A stretch of 64,000 nucleotides of DNA from Acidobacteriota bacterium (GTDB lineage: Bacteria > Acidobacteriota > Vicinamibacteria > Vicinamibacterales > CAVVIG01), in the NCBI GenBank assembly GCA_040007095.1, contig JBDTVS010000181.1:1643-65642 (forward strand), in the 5' to 3' direction. A program made the translations under genes and the position numbers. This document shows positions 36,834 through 47,262 of this stretch, piece by piece (position 1 is the first letter of the stretch; each line of letters begins with the position of its first letter). The notes beneath the pieces were generated by a model, which made no database searches, was not told where the DNA came from, and saw only the letters and a list, made by a program, of their open reading frames with translations.

Positions 36834-38978
36834 ATGTCCCGACGCGTCGTCATCATCCTGGCTTGCGCTTTGTTTATTGCTCCGTTGTTCGCATATGCAG
36901 CCACCACCGTCCAGTCGCAGGGCGATGCGTCGATCACGCACGATCCCCAGTCGCGAACCTGGACGGTCAGCGCCGGCGGTGCCACGCTCACCGCCTCGCT
37001 CGATCCGTCGAGCGATTGGCAAATCATGTCGTTGGTCAGTCCCGGCGGCCGGAACTGGATCAGCGGCAACGTGCCCGATACGCTGATTACGGCCAATGGT
37101 GTGGCGTATGCGTTTGGCAGCCGCGCGGCCGGCTTCACGTACGCGCTCGCATCAACCGTCAACGATGGCCGCCATCTGGAACTCGACGCCGCATTCACAC
37201 TGCAGAGAACGAACCTGCTGGTGACCCGACACATCGCGGTGGTGTCCGGGTCGCCCACCTTTGAAATGTGGACCAGCTTCAAGTCGTTGAACGCCGTCGT
37301 TTCGGTCTCGAACATCAGCGCGATGCAAGCGCTCGTCGCGCCAGGCACGATTCACTGGCTGAGCGGGCACGCGGGCGACCCGGGCGATACGACACTCGAC
37401 TCGGAATTCGCGCAGCGGCAGCAGACCCTTCGCGTCGGCGACACGTTGACGCTCGGCGGTCCCAATCGATCGTCCGAACAATCAGTACCCTGGTTCACCG
37501 TCGACGGCGCTGGAGACGAGTTCTACGCGGGCCTGATGTGGTCAGGTGGCTGGTCGTTGACGGCGGTCCGCAACCCCAACGGCATCGACGTGACCTGGGG
37601 ACTTGGTGCCATGACGACGACCGTCGGCACCGCAAGCGTTGAGGGACCGCACGTGCTCATCGGTGTCGCGCGCGGCGCCCGACCGGAAGCCTCGGCGGCG
37701 ATGAAGGCCTTCATCGTGAATAGCATCCGCCAGGGTCAACCATTCACGCCGTTCGTCACCTACAACACATGGTTCGCGTACGGCACCGACGTCGACGAGA
37801 TGTCGATGCGCGCCGAAATGGAGTCGGCAGCCGCTCTCGGCGCGGAACTGTTCGTGATTGATGCCGGCTGGTACACGGGTGCCGATACCGACGACCCGTC
37901 AGACTTCGACCAGGGCCTGGGGACGTGGGAGGTCGATCCCGTTCGGTTTCCGAACGGGATGGCCGCCCTCAAGGACTACGCGCACCGCCTTGGCATGAAG
38001 TTCGGCCTGTGGGTGGAGCCCGAGCGCGTGAACCGTTCGGTGATCGGCACCGACGGCCTCGACGAGTCGGCGATTGCGACAGCCGGCGGGGACTATCAGT
38101 CCAGCGACTCTGGTCAAATCTGCCTCGCCGGCGCCGCCGGCAGGAAGTGGGTCATCGATCACCTGACGGCGCTGCTCGACGCCGTGCAACCGGACTATCT
38201 CAAGTGGGACAATAACCTCTGGGTGAACTGCGATCGGGCCGGCCACGGCCACGGCACCGCCGACGGCAACTTCGCCCACGTCACCGCGCTCTACCAGATT
38301 CTCGCGGCGCTGCGTGAGCGATACCCGAATCTCATCATCGAGAACTGCTCGCAAGGCGGCAACCGGTTGGATTTCGGCATGCTGCGCTACACCGAGACGG
38401 CGTGGATGGACGATCGGACCGCGCCATCCGTCCACGTGCGGCACAACATCGAAGGTCTCAGCGAGATGTTTCCGCCCGGCTATCTCTTGTCGTTCGTCAC
38501 CGATCACGTGGGGGAGTCGATCGAAAACGCGCAGGACCTCTCGCTCTACTTTCGCAGCCGCATGACGGGCATTCTCGGGCTCTGTTTTCGCGGCGGCGCG
38601 CTGGCAGACAGCGACGCCGCCGCAATTCAACGGGAGATTGCGACCTATAAGTCGGCGCGCTCGACCCAGTCCGACGGATCGGCCGCGCTCTTGTCCCTGC
38701 AGGCCAGCTTCTCGGACGGTCCGGCCTGGGACGTCCTGCAGGAAACCTCCGCCGAGGGCGCGGTCTTGCTCTATGCCTTCGAGAACGGCGGCTCCGGTGG
38801 CGACGGCACGAACGTGGTCCCGAAGGACCTGCAGCCCGACACGACCTATCTCGTGCAGTCGGCCGACGCTGGCGAGATCGGAGAAGCGACGGGGGCCGAT
38901 CTGATGACGAGCGGCATCTCACTGCTGCGATCGCCAGCGTCCGCCTCGCATCTGCTCATGCTGGTACCACAACCGTGA
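36834..38978 (+). CDS. Glycoside hydrolase family 36 (alpha-galactosidase), exported
   Basis: Motifs YNTW, FVIDAGWY, FPNGM, FGLWVEPE, YLKWDNN, IENCSQGG. Confidence 0.9.
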   Translation: MSRRVVIILACALFIAPLFAYAATTVQSQGDASITHDPQSRTWTVSAGGATLTASLDPSSDWQIMSLVSPGGRNWISGNVPDTLITANGVAYAFGSRAAGFTYALASTVNDGRHLELDAAFTLQRTNLLVTRHIAVVSGSPTFEMWTSFKSLNAVVSVSNISAMQALVAPGTIHWLSGHAGDPGDTTLDSEFAQRQQTLRVGDTLTLGGPNRSSEQSVPWFTVDGAGDEFYAGLMWSGGWSLTAVRNPNGIDVTWGLGAMTTTVGTASVEGPHVLIGVARGARPEASAAMKAFIVNSIRQGQPFTPFVTYNTWFAYGTDVDEMSMRAEMESAAALGAELFVIDAGWYTGADTDDPSDFDQGLGTWEVDPVRFPNGMAALKDYAHRLGMKFGLWVEPERVNRSVIGTDGLDESAIATAGGDYQSSDSGQICLAGAAGRKWVIDHLTALLDAVQPDYLKWDNNLWVNCDRAGHGHGTADGNFAHVTALYQILAALRERYPNLIIENCSQGGNRLDFGMLRYTETAWMDDRTAPSVHVRHNIEGLSEMFPPGYLLSFVTDHVGESIENAQDLSLYFRSRMTGILGLCFRGGALADSDAAAIQREIATYKSARSTQSDGSAALLSLQASFSDGPAWDVLQETSAEGAVLLYAFENGGSGGDGTNVVPKDLQPDTTYLVQSADAGEIGEATGADLMTSGISLLRSPASASHLLMLVPQP

Positions 38979-39392
38979 GGCCGTTGTCGCGACGCGGCTC
39001 GCGTCCCAGTCGGCGCGTTCATTGGCAATCGCGCAATGGAGCACCTCACCGATGTCGCCCTGATGTTCCAGGACCGCACGCTTCCAATCGTCGCTCAGCG
39101 GCAGCGAAGCGAGAATTTCGGGCAACGGTAGCCCGAACACGGCGCCGAGCGATGAGATCAGTCCTGCCGTAAAACAGGCCGAGGCTTCGCCGTTTCCTGG
39201 AGCCGCGCCAGCCGTTCGCACATGAGCGCTCGCTGGGTCGCGTCCCTGAGCAGATCACCGGGCCGCTGTACCGTGCCGGCCAGAGACGCCAGCATCGCCA
39301 TGGTTCGAATCCCCTCCAGACCGAGCAGCAGAATCACCTGGCGCAGCGACTCATTTTCGTTGGCCGCGAAAATCTGGCGGAGTTGATGTGTC
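38919..39392 (-). pseudogene. Frameshifted HDOD-domain (EAL/HDOD type) gene remnant
   Basis: Consecutive HDOD motifs in three frames: HINSARF / SLRQVILLLGLEGIR...RALMCERLA / FTAGLISSL...LASLPLSDD...ERADW. Confidence 0.65.
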
Positions 39393-39575
39393 GGGCGGAG
39401 TATCGATCATGGCGACGCTGCCCACAGACGGTCAGGGATGCGTGGTTCGCCGGGTTTGAGGAGTGACGGGTTGGTGCGAAAGATTCTCCTGGTTTCCTCG
39501 CGGCGGCTGCCGCGAGGAAACCACGGAGTCCGCACAGGGCGTCGAGGGCGCGGCGTCCGGGATTTCAGCGAGCGA

Positions 39576-41450
39576 CTACTGCCAGACGCGTTCCTTGCAG
39601 ATCGCGACGATACAGACCGAATCGACCGTCCGATTCGCCGGCGGCACGGGCATGCCACGCTCGGTCATCAGCTTTCTGATGAGCGAGGCCGTTTCGGGGC
39701 GGTTGACCGCCGACTGCACGCCCACCCGCACGAGACCGTCGGCGTAGTCGAGCGCCTCCCAGGTATGTCCGGCGTTGACGGAGACCGTGGTATCAGTGTC
39801 GCGGCTGCCGTTGTCGCGCGCGTCCAGTTTCGCGCCCTTGTCCACCAGCATCTGGACCACTTCGTTGCGCCCCTTCATCGCCGCCCCCATCAACGGGGTT
39901 CGGCCATCTTTGTTGGCGGCGTTCGGATCGAGTCCGAGATCGAGGAGTAGTTTCACGGCCTCGACGTTCTCCTTGGCCGAGTGCTCGTAGGTGACGCCTT
40001 CCACCCATCCGATGCCGGCCGCGGTGGTCAGCGCGGTGTCGTTGTGCGCGGTGGCGATCTTCGGGTCGGCCCCATATGCCAGCAGAAGCTTCATCAGCGC
40101 GACGTCGCTCGACTGCGACGCGCGGACAAACGGCGTGGCGCCATCTTCCAGAAACCACTGCATGGTGAAGATCGTTCTCGACAGCGTGTTGTCCTTGATG
40201 CGTCCGTTCACGTTCGCACCGTGGTCCAACAGGATCTTGATGTAATCGAGATGATCCATGTCGGCCTTGGGCACAGGATAGTCGCCGCCTTCGATATTGC
40301 GGTTGTCGGTCGCTACATACAAAGGCGTCCAGCCGCCTTTGTTCGGCAGGTTGACGTCGGCGCCCCAGTCGATGAGCAGCGATGCGAGCTGATAGTGGCG
40401 GTTGTTGGTCGCGGTGAGCAGGGGCGTCCACCCGTACTCGGTCGTTTGATTCACATCGGCGCCCGACCGCAGCAAGTACTCGGCGGACTCGAGGTCGCCT
40501 TCTCGCGCGGCGAACACCAACGCGGTCAGACCTCCGCCGCCGGAGCCGACCAGTCCAGCCACGACCACTTCGCTATCGTCGGCCGCATCGGCGGCTTCCG
40601 GCGCGGGCGTCTGACTTGGCGCTGGCGCCGCAGTTGCGGCCGCCGTGCCGGCACCACGGCCGACGCCTCCTCGGCCGCCAGCCTGTCCACGCCCGCCGGT
40701 CGCCTGCGGCTGGACCGCGCCCGCACCACCCGGCGCGCCAAACCGGCCGTTCACGCCTTCGAAATCAAGCTGCTCCTCGTAGGTTCGGCCTGCCGCCGCA
40801 GCCGCCGCCCTCCGGCGCACCGCCGCCTGAACCGATCCGGCATTGACCCGACCCGCCATGTAGTTTCGTGGAAGACCGGCGGGGCCCGTTTTCGCGGCCG
40901 CGTCGGCGCCGCGGTCGAGCAGCGCTTTTACCGCCGCAGGATGCCTCTGTTCCACGGCCCACATCAGGGCGGTCGTGCCACGCAGCGACTCCGTCGCGTT
41001 CACGTCGGCGCCCGCCGCCGCCAGAATGTTGATCGCCTCGGGCTGGCCGTTGCGCGCCGCGAGCATCAGCAGCGTCTGGCCGTTTGGTCCGCGTTGCGCG
41101 ACATCGGCGCCCGCCTTGATCAGCTTGTTGATCATCGAGACGTTCCCGTACAGGCACGCCATTGCCAGCGGTGTGACGCCCTCGGGATTCGCGGCGTCGA
41201 GCTTGGCGCCCGCACGAACCAGCAAGTCGACGGCGTCGAGGTCGTCGCGATAGACCGCCCAGTGCAGGGCCGTGGCGCCGTCCGTCTGCGGGGCGTTCAC
41301 GTCGGCCTTGCGCTGCAGGAGGGCCGCAAGGGCGGCCCGATCGCCTTTCATCACCGCGTCGGCGACCTCGCTGCGTCCGGCGGCCGACATGAGACCGGAC
41401 ACCGAGAGCACCACGGCGGCGACCACGACGGAAATTCGATGTCGATTCAT
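39576..41450 (-). CDS. Exported ankyrin-repeat protein with Gly/Ala-rich linker
   Basis: Many ankyrin repeats (GATALHWA, GTTALMWA, GWTPLL, GRTPLMGAA), signal peptide. Confidence 0.93.
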   Translation of the reverse strand: MNRHRISVVVAAVVLSVSGLMSAAGRSEVADAVMKGDRAALAALLQRKADVNAPQTDGATALHWAVYRDDLDAVDLLVRAGAKLDAANPEGVTPLAMACLYGNVSMINKLIKAGADVAQRGPNGQTLLMLAARNGQPEAINILAAAGADVNATESLRGTTALMWAVEQRHPAAVKALLDRGADAAAKTGPAGLPRNYMAGRVNAGSVQAAVRRRAAAAAAGRTYEEQLDFEGVNGRFGAPGGAGAVQPQATGGRGQAGGRGGVGRGAGTAAATAAPAPSQTPAPEAADAADDSEVVVAGLVGSGGGGLTALVFAAREGDLESAEYLLRSGADVNQTTEYGWTPLLTATNNRHYQLASLLIDWGADVNLPNKGGWTPLYVATDNRNIEGGDYPVPKADMDHLDYIKILLDHGANVNGRIKDNTLSRTIFTMQWFLEDGATPFVRASQSSDVALMKLLLAYGADPKIATAHNDTALTTAAGIGWVEGVTYEHSAKENVEAVKLLLDLGLDPNAANKDGRTPLMGAAMKGRNEVVQMLVDKGAKLDARDNGSRDTDTTVSVNAGHTWEALDYADGLVRVGVQSAVNRPETASLIRKLMTERGMPVPPANRTVDSVCIVAICKERVWQ

Positions 41451-41515
41451 GCCACTCCTTGAATCTCTCGAATTATACCTTCCGGCCGCGTGGGACGGGA
41501 ACCGATCAGCTGCGG

Positions 41516-42388
41516 CTAGCGCGTTGTGCGCACCGATTCCCTGCGACCAAAGGTATCGCAGGCGTCAGGGCTGCCGGTGGTCAAGCCTTTCTTGAACCAC
41601 TCGACGCGTTGGGCGGACGACCCGTGCGTGAACCGGTCCGGAGCCACGTGCCCGGTGGCCATGCGCTGGAGCCGGTCGTCGCCGATGGCCGCGGCCGCCG
41701 TCAGTCCCGCTTCGACGTCGCCAGGATCCAACTCCACCTTCCCGGCTGCGGCTCGGCCCGGCTGCGCCGCAGTGTGACCCCAGACGCCCGCGAAACAGTC
41801 AGCCTGCAGCTCCAACGCAACCGACGATGCGTTCCCGGATCCGGGCCGACTCTGCACGGCGCGGGCCCGGTCGTCGATGCCGAGCAGGTGCTGTACGTGA
41901 TGGCCGACTTCATGCGCGATCACGTAGGCCTGCGCGAACTCCCCGGGCGCACCGAGGTGATTCTTGAGCTCGTCAAAAAACCCCAGGTCGAGGTACACCA
42001 GCTGGTCGGAGGGGCAGTAGAACGGTCCGGTCGCCGACTGCGCGGATCCGCAGCCCGACTCGATGCCATCACGAAACAGCACCAGTCGCGTCGGCTCGTA
42101 ACGGCTACTCAGCAGACGGCTCCACGTCTCCTGCACATCCTTCATCACGGCGCCGACGAAGTCGACGGATCGCTCTTCGGCGGGGGATGAGGCGGCCGGG
42201 CCCGCCGGGCCGCTGGAGTCAGAGGCGGGCGAGACCGACCCGAATTGCGACAGGAAGTCGGTACCTGTCGCCCAGCTCAAGAAGAGCAGCACGACCACCC
42301 CGCCGATACCCAGGGGCACACCGCCCCGAATCCCTGAACGGCCGCGTTGGTCGTCGATGTCGCCGCGATTGCCGGGTGTCCATCGCAT
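41516..42388 (-). CDS. Neutral zinc metallopeptidase (YpfJ family)
   Basis: Motifs GPFYCP, AYVIAHEVGHHVQ, ELQADC, IGDD, FTHGSSAQR. Confidence 0.93.
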   Translation of the reverse strand: MRWTPGNRGDIDDQRGRSGIRGGVPLGIGGVVVLLFLSWATGTDFLSQFGSVSPASDSSGPAGPAASSPAEERSVDFVGAVMKDVQETWSRLLSSRYEPTRLVLFRDGIESGCGSAQSATGPFYCPSDQLVYLDLGFFDELKNHLGAPGEFAQAYVIAHEVGHHVQHLLGIDDRARAVQSRPGSGNASSVALELQADCFAGVWGHTAAQPGRAAAGKVELDPGDVEAGLTAAAAIGDDRLQRMATGHVAPDRFTHGSSAQRVEWFKKGLTTGSPDACDTFGRRESVRTTR

Positions 42389-42654
42389 TACTCATCTCCT
42401 CCGTCGGAATTGTCCTTCTGCAAGCCCGATACCGCCGTTCGGAATCGGATAGCGCTCGCGACACTTCACAGCAACGAGCAAACAGATCGAATGCGCGTCC
42501 TCATCATCTGTGACGTCCGTCTTTTTCGCGAGCCCACACGCGGCCGTCGACGACCGATGGTCGAAAGCGAAAAGAATCGTAAGGACAATTTCGTGTGACT
42601 GTATGTATAGTATGGCCGCGTTCGACAGGACGACCGCGAAATGTGGAGGATGCG

Positions 42655-42981
42655 ATGCAGTTGATCAAGGCCATCGTGCGGCCCGACAAGGTCGACGATG
42701 TGAAGGACGCGCTGACGAAAATCCATGTCGCGGGAATGACGGTCTCGGAAGTGCGCGGTCATGGCAAGCAGAAGGGCCACACGGCCATCTATCGCGGCAA
42801 GGAGTACCAGGTGACCCTGCTGCCGAAGATGCAGATTGAAACCGTCGTGGCCGACGAAGTGGTCGAGGCGGTCGTCGAAGCGATTATCGGCGCCGCCAGA
42901 ACGGGCGAAATCGGAGACGGACGGGTGTTTGTCACGCCAGTGTCCAGAAGCTACAAGATCCGAACCGGTGAATCGGAGTAG
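42655..42981 (+). CDS. glnK: P-II nitrogen regulatory protein
   Basis: Motifs GHGKQKG, YRGKEY (Tyr51), RTGEIGDGRVFV. GGAGG RBS, upstream of amtB. Confidence 0.95.
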   Translation: MQLIKAIVRPDKVDDVKDALTKIHVAGMTVSEVRGHGKQKGHTAIYRGKEYQVTLLPKMQIETVVADEVVEAVVEAIIGAARTGEIGDGRVFVTPVSRSYKIRTGESE

Positions 42982-42988
42982 GTGACCC

Positions 42989-44212
42989 ATGAATCAGGCT
43001 GATACGGCGTGGATGCTGATCTCGACGGCGCTCGTCCTGTTGATGACCCCTGCCTTGGCGTTTTTCTACGGCGGGCTGGTGCGCTCGAAGCACGTGCTCA
43101 ACGCCATGATGATGAGCTTCGTCTCACTCGGCGTCATTGGCGTGTTATGGGCCCTCGTCGGCTACTCACTCGCCTTCGCACCGGGGAGCGCGTGGGTGGG
43201 CGGCCTATCGCGCGTATTTCTCCAGGGCGTCGGCCTCGAGCCGAACGGCACGATCCCGCACCTGCTCTACATGTGCTACCAGGGCACCTTCGCGATCATC
43301 ACGGCGGCGCTGATCTCTGGCGCCATCGTCGAGCGCATGCGATTTCCCGCCTACGTCGTGTTCATTTCCTTGTGGTCGATTGTCGTGTATAGCCCGGTTG
43401 CGCACTGGGTGTGGGGCGGCGGATGGCTCGCCCAGATGGGCGCGCTGGATTTCGCCGGCGGCACCGTCGTGCACGTCAATGCCGGCATCGCGGCCCTGGT
43501 CGCCGCCAAAGTGGTTGGACCTCGGCGCGATTATCCGTCGGGGGCGTTGTTGCCGCATAGCATCCCCTTCACGCTGCTGGGCGCCGGACTACTGTGGTTT
43601 GGCTGGTTCGGATTCAACGCGGGGAGTGCCCTCGCCGCCAACGGTATTGCGGCCCTCGCGTTCACCACCACCATGCTCGCTCCGGCCGCGACCCTGGTGG
43701 TCTGGCTGCTCCTGGACATCGTGCGCTCTCGCAATCCGACCGCCGTGGGCGCCGCGACGGCGATTGTCGTCGGCCTGGTGGCGATCACGCCGGCGGCCGG
43801 CTTCGTCGGTCCCATGAGCGCGATCGCCCTCGGCGGCATCGCGGCGATTCCCAGTTACTTCGGGCTGTTGTATCGCGCACGCACCTCGCTCGACGATTCG
43901 CTCGACGTGGTCGCCGCCCATGGGCTGGGTGGAACCGTAGGGGCGCTGCTGACCGGCGTCTTCGCCCAGAAAGCCTGGAACGGAGTCGCCGACGGACTGC
44001 TGTTCGGCAATCCCAAGCAACTGGGGATACAGGCTACGGCGGTCGTCGCCGCGATCGTGTACAGCGGCGTGATGACATTCGTGCTTCTGAAGATCGTCGG
44101 CGCGGTGATGCCGCTGATGGCGGACCGCGATCAGCAGACCCTGGGGATGGACCTCAGCGAGCACGGCGAAGAGGCGTACGTGCATGCCGGGGGAGCGGGA
44201 ACGAGTGCCTGA
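42989..44212 (+). CDS. amtB: Ammonium transporter
   Basis: Motifs DFAGGTVVH, LLWFGWFGFNAGS, DDSLDVVAAHG, GMDLSEHGEEAY. Confidence 0.96.
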   Translation: MNQADTAWMLISTALVLLMTPALAFFYGGLVRSKHVLNAMMMSFVSLGVIGVLWALVGYSLAFAPGSAWVGGLSRVFLQGVGLEPNGTIPHLLYMCYQGTFAIITAALISGAIVERMRFPAYVVFISLWSIVVYSPVAHWVWGGGWLAQMGALDFAGGTVVHVNAGIAALVAAKVVGPRRDYPSGALLPHSIPFTLLGAGLLWFGWFGFNAGSALAANGIAALAFTTTMLAPAATLVVWLLLDIVRSRNPTAVGAATAIVVGLVAITPAAGFVGPMSAIALGGIAAIPSYFGLLYRARTSLDDSLDVVAAHGLGGTVGALLTGVFAQKAWNGVADGLLFGNPKQLGIQATAVVAAIVYSGVMTFVLLKIVGAVMPLMADRDQQTLGMDLSEHGEEAYVHAGGAGTSA

Positions 44213-44274
44213 TAGCGCGTGTCCCGACGATCGCGACGCGCAGGTGACGCGTCGTGAGGTATACATGTCTGGTC

Positions 44275-44958
44275 ATGGCGACGCGTGCCCGCGAGGACGG
44301 CCAACGAGAAGATCCCGAGACGTCAACTGTCACGGGCCGCGTCGCCCCCACGCCCCAGGTGTTTCTGCTGTCGCCGGCGTATTGCGCCGGGCGCCGCGCC
44401 GCGATGCTCCTTCGGGAGGGGTCGGAGATGCCCCTCGCCCGCCAACTTCGATCCGATACCCTCACCCTCGGCGCGGCGTTTTCGTTCTTGAGCGGGCTCT
44501 ATTTCCGCGGCAAGCTGAGCTACGCCATGACGTTTGGTCACCTCCGCGACACGCCGACCGACGCCACGCTGATCATCACGCCCACACGCGGACTCGAACG
44601 GCCAGAGTTGCCACTCACGGCCGAGTTACTGAGGGAATTCGCGTCGGTGGATATCGACGTGGACAACCTGCGCTACCGCGGCGCCCTCGAGCGGGACGTC
44701 GCCGCGTTGAGCGCCCGGCTGCCTGAGAACGTTCGGGTGATCTTGCTGGGCAGTATCGCCACGGGAAAATACGTCGACGTACTGCACCCGCTGCTGGGTC
44801 CGCGACTTCACTATCCGCCGTCGTTCATTGGCCGCGGCGACATGAGTCGCGGCGCATTGCTGCTACGAAGCGTCACCTCAGGCGTCGAGCTGGATTACAC
44901 GGTCGTCGACGCCGGCAGCCGCCCACGAGGGCCCCGCCCGCCGAAGTTGGCGAAGTGA
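44275..44958 (+). CDS. Conserved hypothetical protein, possibly YaaA/DUF328-like
   Basis: Motifs FLLSPA, LSGLYFRGKL, LLGSIATGKY, GRGDMSRG. Coding-like composition. Confidence 0.75.
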   Translation: MATRAREDGQREDPETSTVTGRVAPTPQVFLLSPAYCAGRRAAMLLREGSEMPLARQLRSDTLTLGAAFSFLSGLYFRGKLSYAMTFGHLRDTPTDATLIITPTRGLERPELPLTAELLREFASVDIDVDNLRYRGALERDVAALSARLPENVRVILLGSIATGKYVDVLHPLLGPRLHYPPSFIGRGDMSRGALLLRSVTSGVELDYTVVDAGSRPRGPRPPKLAK

Positions 44959-45084
44959 CCCCTCCTCTCCGCTGGACGCGCGGATCCCTGCGAGAAGTGA
45001 AGTTCGCCCGATATCCGATGGTTGCGGGCGCCTGATATCAATCGTCAGGCAGGTGCCATACTTAGGCACTTGGGTCCCTACGAG

Positions 45085-45336
45085 ATGACGCATGCGGTAC
45101 GCGCCGGCATATTCGGCATGGCCCTTGGCGCCTTTCCGATCGTCGTCTCCGTCTATGGGTTTCTGACCGACCACGCGGAAAAGATGTTCGGGTCCAGAAC
45201 CTGGGTATGGGTGAGCCGCGCAGATGACCCGTTTCTTTACTGGTTCTCGAACACGACGTTCCTGGTGATGGGCGCCTTGATCGTTGGTGGGTCCTCGATG
45301 ATCGTCTTGAGGGCCAGGCGCGATCATCCTGGGTGA
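45085..45336 (+). CDS. Small two-TM membrane protein
   Basis: Two hydrophobic segments flanking SRADDPFLYW. Start uncertain. Confidence 0.5.
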   Translation: MTHAVRAGIFGMALGAFPIVVSVYGFLTDHAEKMFGSRTWVWVSRADDPFLYWFSNTTFLVMGALIVGGSSMIVLRARRDHPG

Positions 45337-45366
45337 GCAGTGAACAGCTGTATTCGCGCCGGGATC

Positions 45367-47139
45367 CTAGGGCGCGAGCGCCAGACGAACGCGTGAGGTC
45401 ATCGCGTCCTCAACCTGGATAGGCACGCCACGATTTTCCGAGGCGCCAGTGAAGTCCGGGTCCAGCCAGTCGCCGTCAACCACCTCGTTCCACCCGAACA
45501 GCTTGTATTGCCCGGGAGCCACGTGGTCCATACGGAACCGGCCCGAGGCGTCAGCGGTCGCGGTTCGAACGAGATCGAACCGCCCCCGAACGTTGGGCAG
45601 GAGCGCGACGGTTGCTCCCGCAGCGTTTGCCTGTGTGCCGTTGACCACGGTCCCTTCGACCGCTCCCGGATTCATTCCCAAGACAATTTCCAGCGCGCTC
45701 GCCGTGGCACCCTCGAGGCGAAGCCTGGCATTCAGGACGTCCACGTCGCCGAGCCGAATCGACTTCACGTACGCCTGCTCAAATCCCTTGGGGACGGGCA
45801 CGACGAATTCTGAAGTGCCGGGTGCGACGCTCAGAAACGGCAGGAGACTCACTTGGTAGTCTCCGGGTCCGGCGGATACCACAAATGTGCCGTCGGCTCG
45901 CGGCAGACTGTACGAGGACGATGGGGTTGGCACGCCAAGGTCGCGCCACAGGCTGATGCGGACGTTCGTCAGGTCCGGCCTTTCGACTGGCGCGTCGGTG
46001 ACGATCCGGCCGGTGATGTTGAATGCGGGCACGGCGACAATTCGCGCTCCGTCGAGGTCGGCGTCACGTACCTCCAACGAGACGAAACCCACACCGGTGC
46101 CCGCTGTGCCCATCAACGTATGCCGTCCGGGCAGCAGTGTCACGTCGAACGAGCCGTCCGGATCGATGGGATTGAGTCCATTGTTCGAAAGCCTGCCGCT
46201 GTCAGGACCGCCGATGGATCGGCCCGGCGGGATGCCCGCCTGGACCTCGCTCAGACCTGCGTATTGGGCGACCTGTCCCGTCGCGCCGTTGATGACGACT
46301 CCACGGACGTGGCGCGCGCGCACCGGCGCGACCGGCACGTCGATCGCGCCGATGTCCGCGCCAGCCCGGAGGTCGATCGCCGTCGCCGTCTGGTCGTCGG
46401 TTGTCCCGGGGAAATAGACCGGTAGAAACCGTTCGGCCGGTGTGTCGATTCCGACACCAAACGTGTCGGCCAGCACTGGATCGCCAGTACTGCGGATCTC
46501 GAAGACTCCGTTTGGCCCCAGCCCTCCTCCTGCCATTATCTGGAACCGGTAGCCGCCGCCAATCCTCGGCGGACCGATCATCGCCATTGGACCGGCCTCG
46601 GCATCGGGATGGGTCGCCCTGACGGCGTATCTGCCCGGTGAGAGCCAGAAAAGGCGATACTCGCCGCGGTCGTTGGTCCGCACCGATTGCACGGCCGTCA
46701 GGACGCGGTGTCCGTTCTGGTAGGAGGACTTGAGCGCCGAGACCTCGACGTTGCCGAGGGGCTCGCCGTTTTGCCCGTAGACGCGTCCGGCGATGGCGCC
46801 GGTGGCGGTCATGGCGACTGCAAGATCTTCCGTTCGCCCTCCCGAGACGGTGACATCGATCGGCCGGCTCACATCGCCGGGCCGAGTGACGATCAGCCGA
46901 TACGTGCCCGGACGCACGTTCGGAAACAAGAATCGACCATCGGTCTCTGTGGTCGTCGAGCCGATCGCCGGCAGACGGTCATCGTCGCCTCGCAAATCGA
47001 CCACGGCTTTAGCCAGCGCCTCGGCTGTTCCCGCTCGTACGACGATCCCACGGATGGCACCCGACGACCCCGGTGGAGTCTGGGCGTTCTGCGCAGGCGC
47101 GGCGAGGAGCGCTGCGCCCGCGAGCACAAGCACGTCCAC
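45367..47139 (-). CDS. Carboxypeptidase-regulatory-like (Ig-like) repeat protein, exported
   Basis: Repeats TETDGRFLF...PGTYRL, TNDRGEYRLFWLSPGRY, DASGRFRM...PGQY. GTG 47139 start inferred. Confidence 0.85.
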   Translation of the reverse strand: MDVLVLAGAALLAAPAQNAQTPPGSSGAIRGIVVRAGTAEALAKAVVDLRGDDDRLPAIGSTTTETDGRFLFPNVRPGTYRLIVTRPGDVSRPIDVTVSGGRTEDLAVAMTATGAIAGRVYGQNGEPLGNVEVSALKSSYQNGHRVLTAVQSVRTNDRGEYRLFWLSPGRYAVRATHPDAEAGPMAMIGPPRIGGGYRFQIMAGGGLGPNGVFEIRSTGDPVLADTFGVGIDTPAERFLPVYFPGTTDDQTATAIDLRAGADIGAIDVPVAPVRARHVRGVVINGATGQVAQYAGLSEVQAGIPPGRSIGGPDSGRLSNNGLNPIDPDGSFDVTLLPGRHTLMGTAGTGVGFVSLEVRDADLDGARIVAVPAFNITGRIVTDAPVERPDLTNVRISLWRDLGVPTPSSSYSLPRADGTFVVSAGPGDYQVSLLPFLSVAPGTSEFVVPVPKGFEQAYVKSIRLGDVDVLNARLRLEGATASALEIVLGMNPGAVEGTVVNGTQANAAGATVALLPNVRGRFDLVRTATADASGRFRMDHVAPGQYKLFGWNEVVDGDWLDPDFTGASENRGVPIQVEDAMTSRVRLALAP

Positions 47140-47262
47140 ACAGCAGGAAACGCCGACGAGCCGAAGCCAATCAAGCCAGCAAATCCAACCTGCTTTGTGA
47201 TTGCTACGGGGTTTGTGGTTCATATCCTTGTGGCGGGTTGATTCGACGCGATCGCGCTCAAG

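Noticed and set aside
39302-39312. GGTTCGAATCC, a tRNA T-loop-like sequence
   Set aside because: No T-stem, acceptor stem or anticodon arm can be folded. It lies within the HDOD remnant coding sequence.
42389-42654. Sigma54 promoter or NtrC sites upstream of glnK
   Set aside because: No TGGCAC-N5-TTGC is visible, only a weak sigma70-like AGGACA-N18-TATAGT.
47140-47223. N-terminal extension MNHKPRSNHKAG... of the ORF ending at 45367
   Set aside because: The NHK repeats are the translation of a degenerate intergenic AACCACAAAG repeat. The paralogue suggests a start near 47139.
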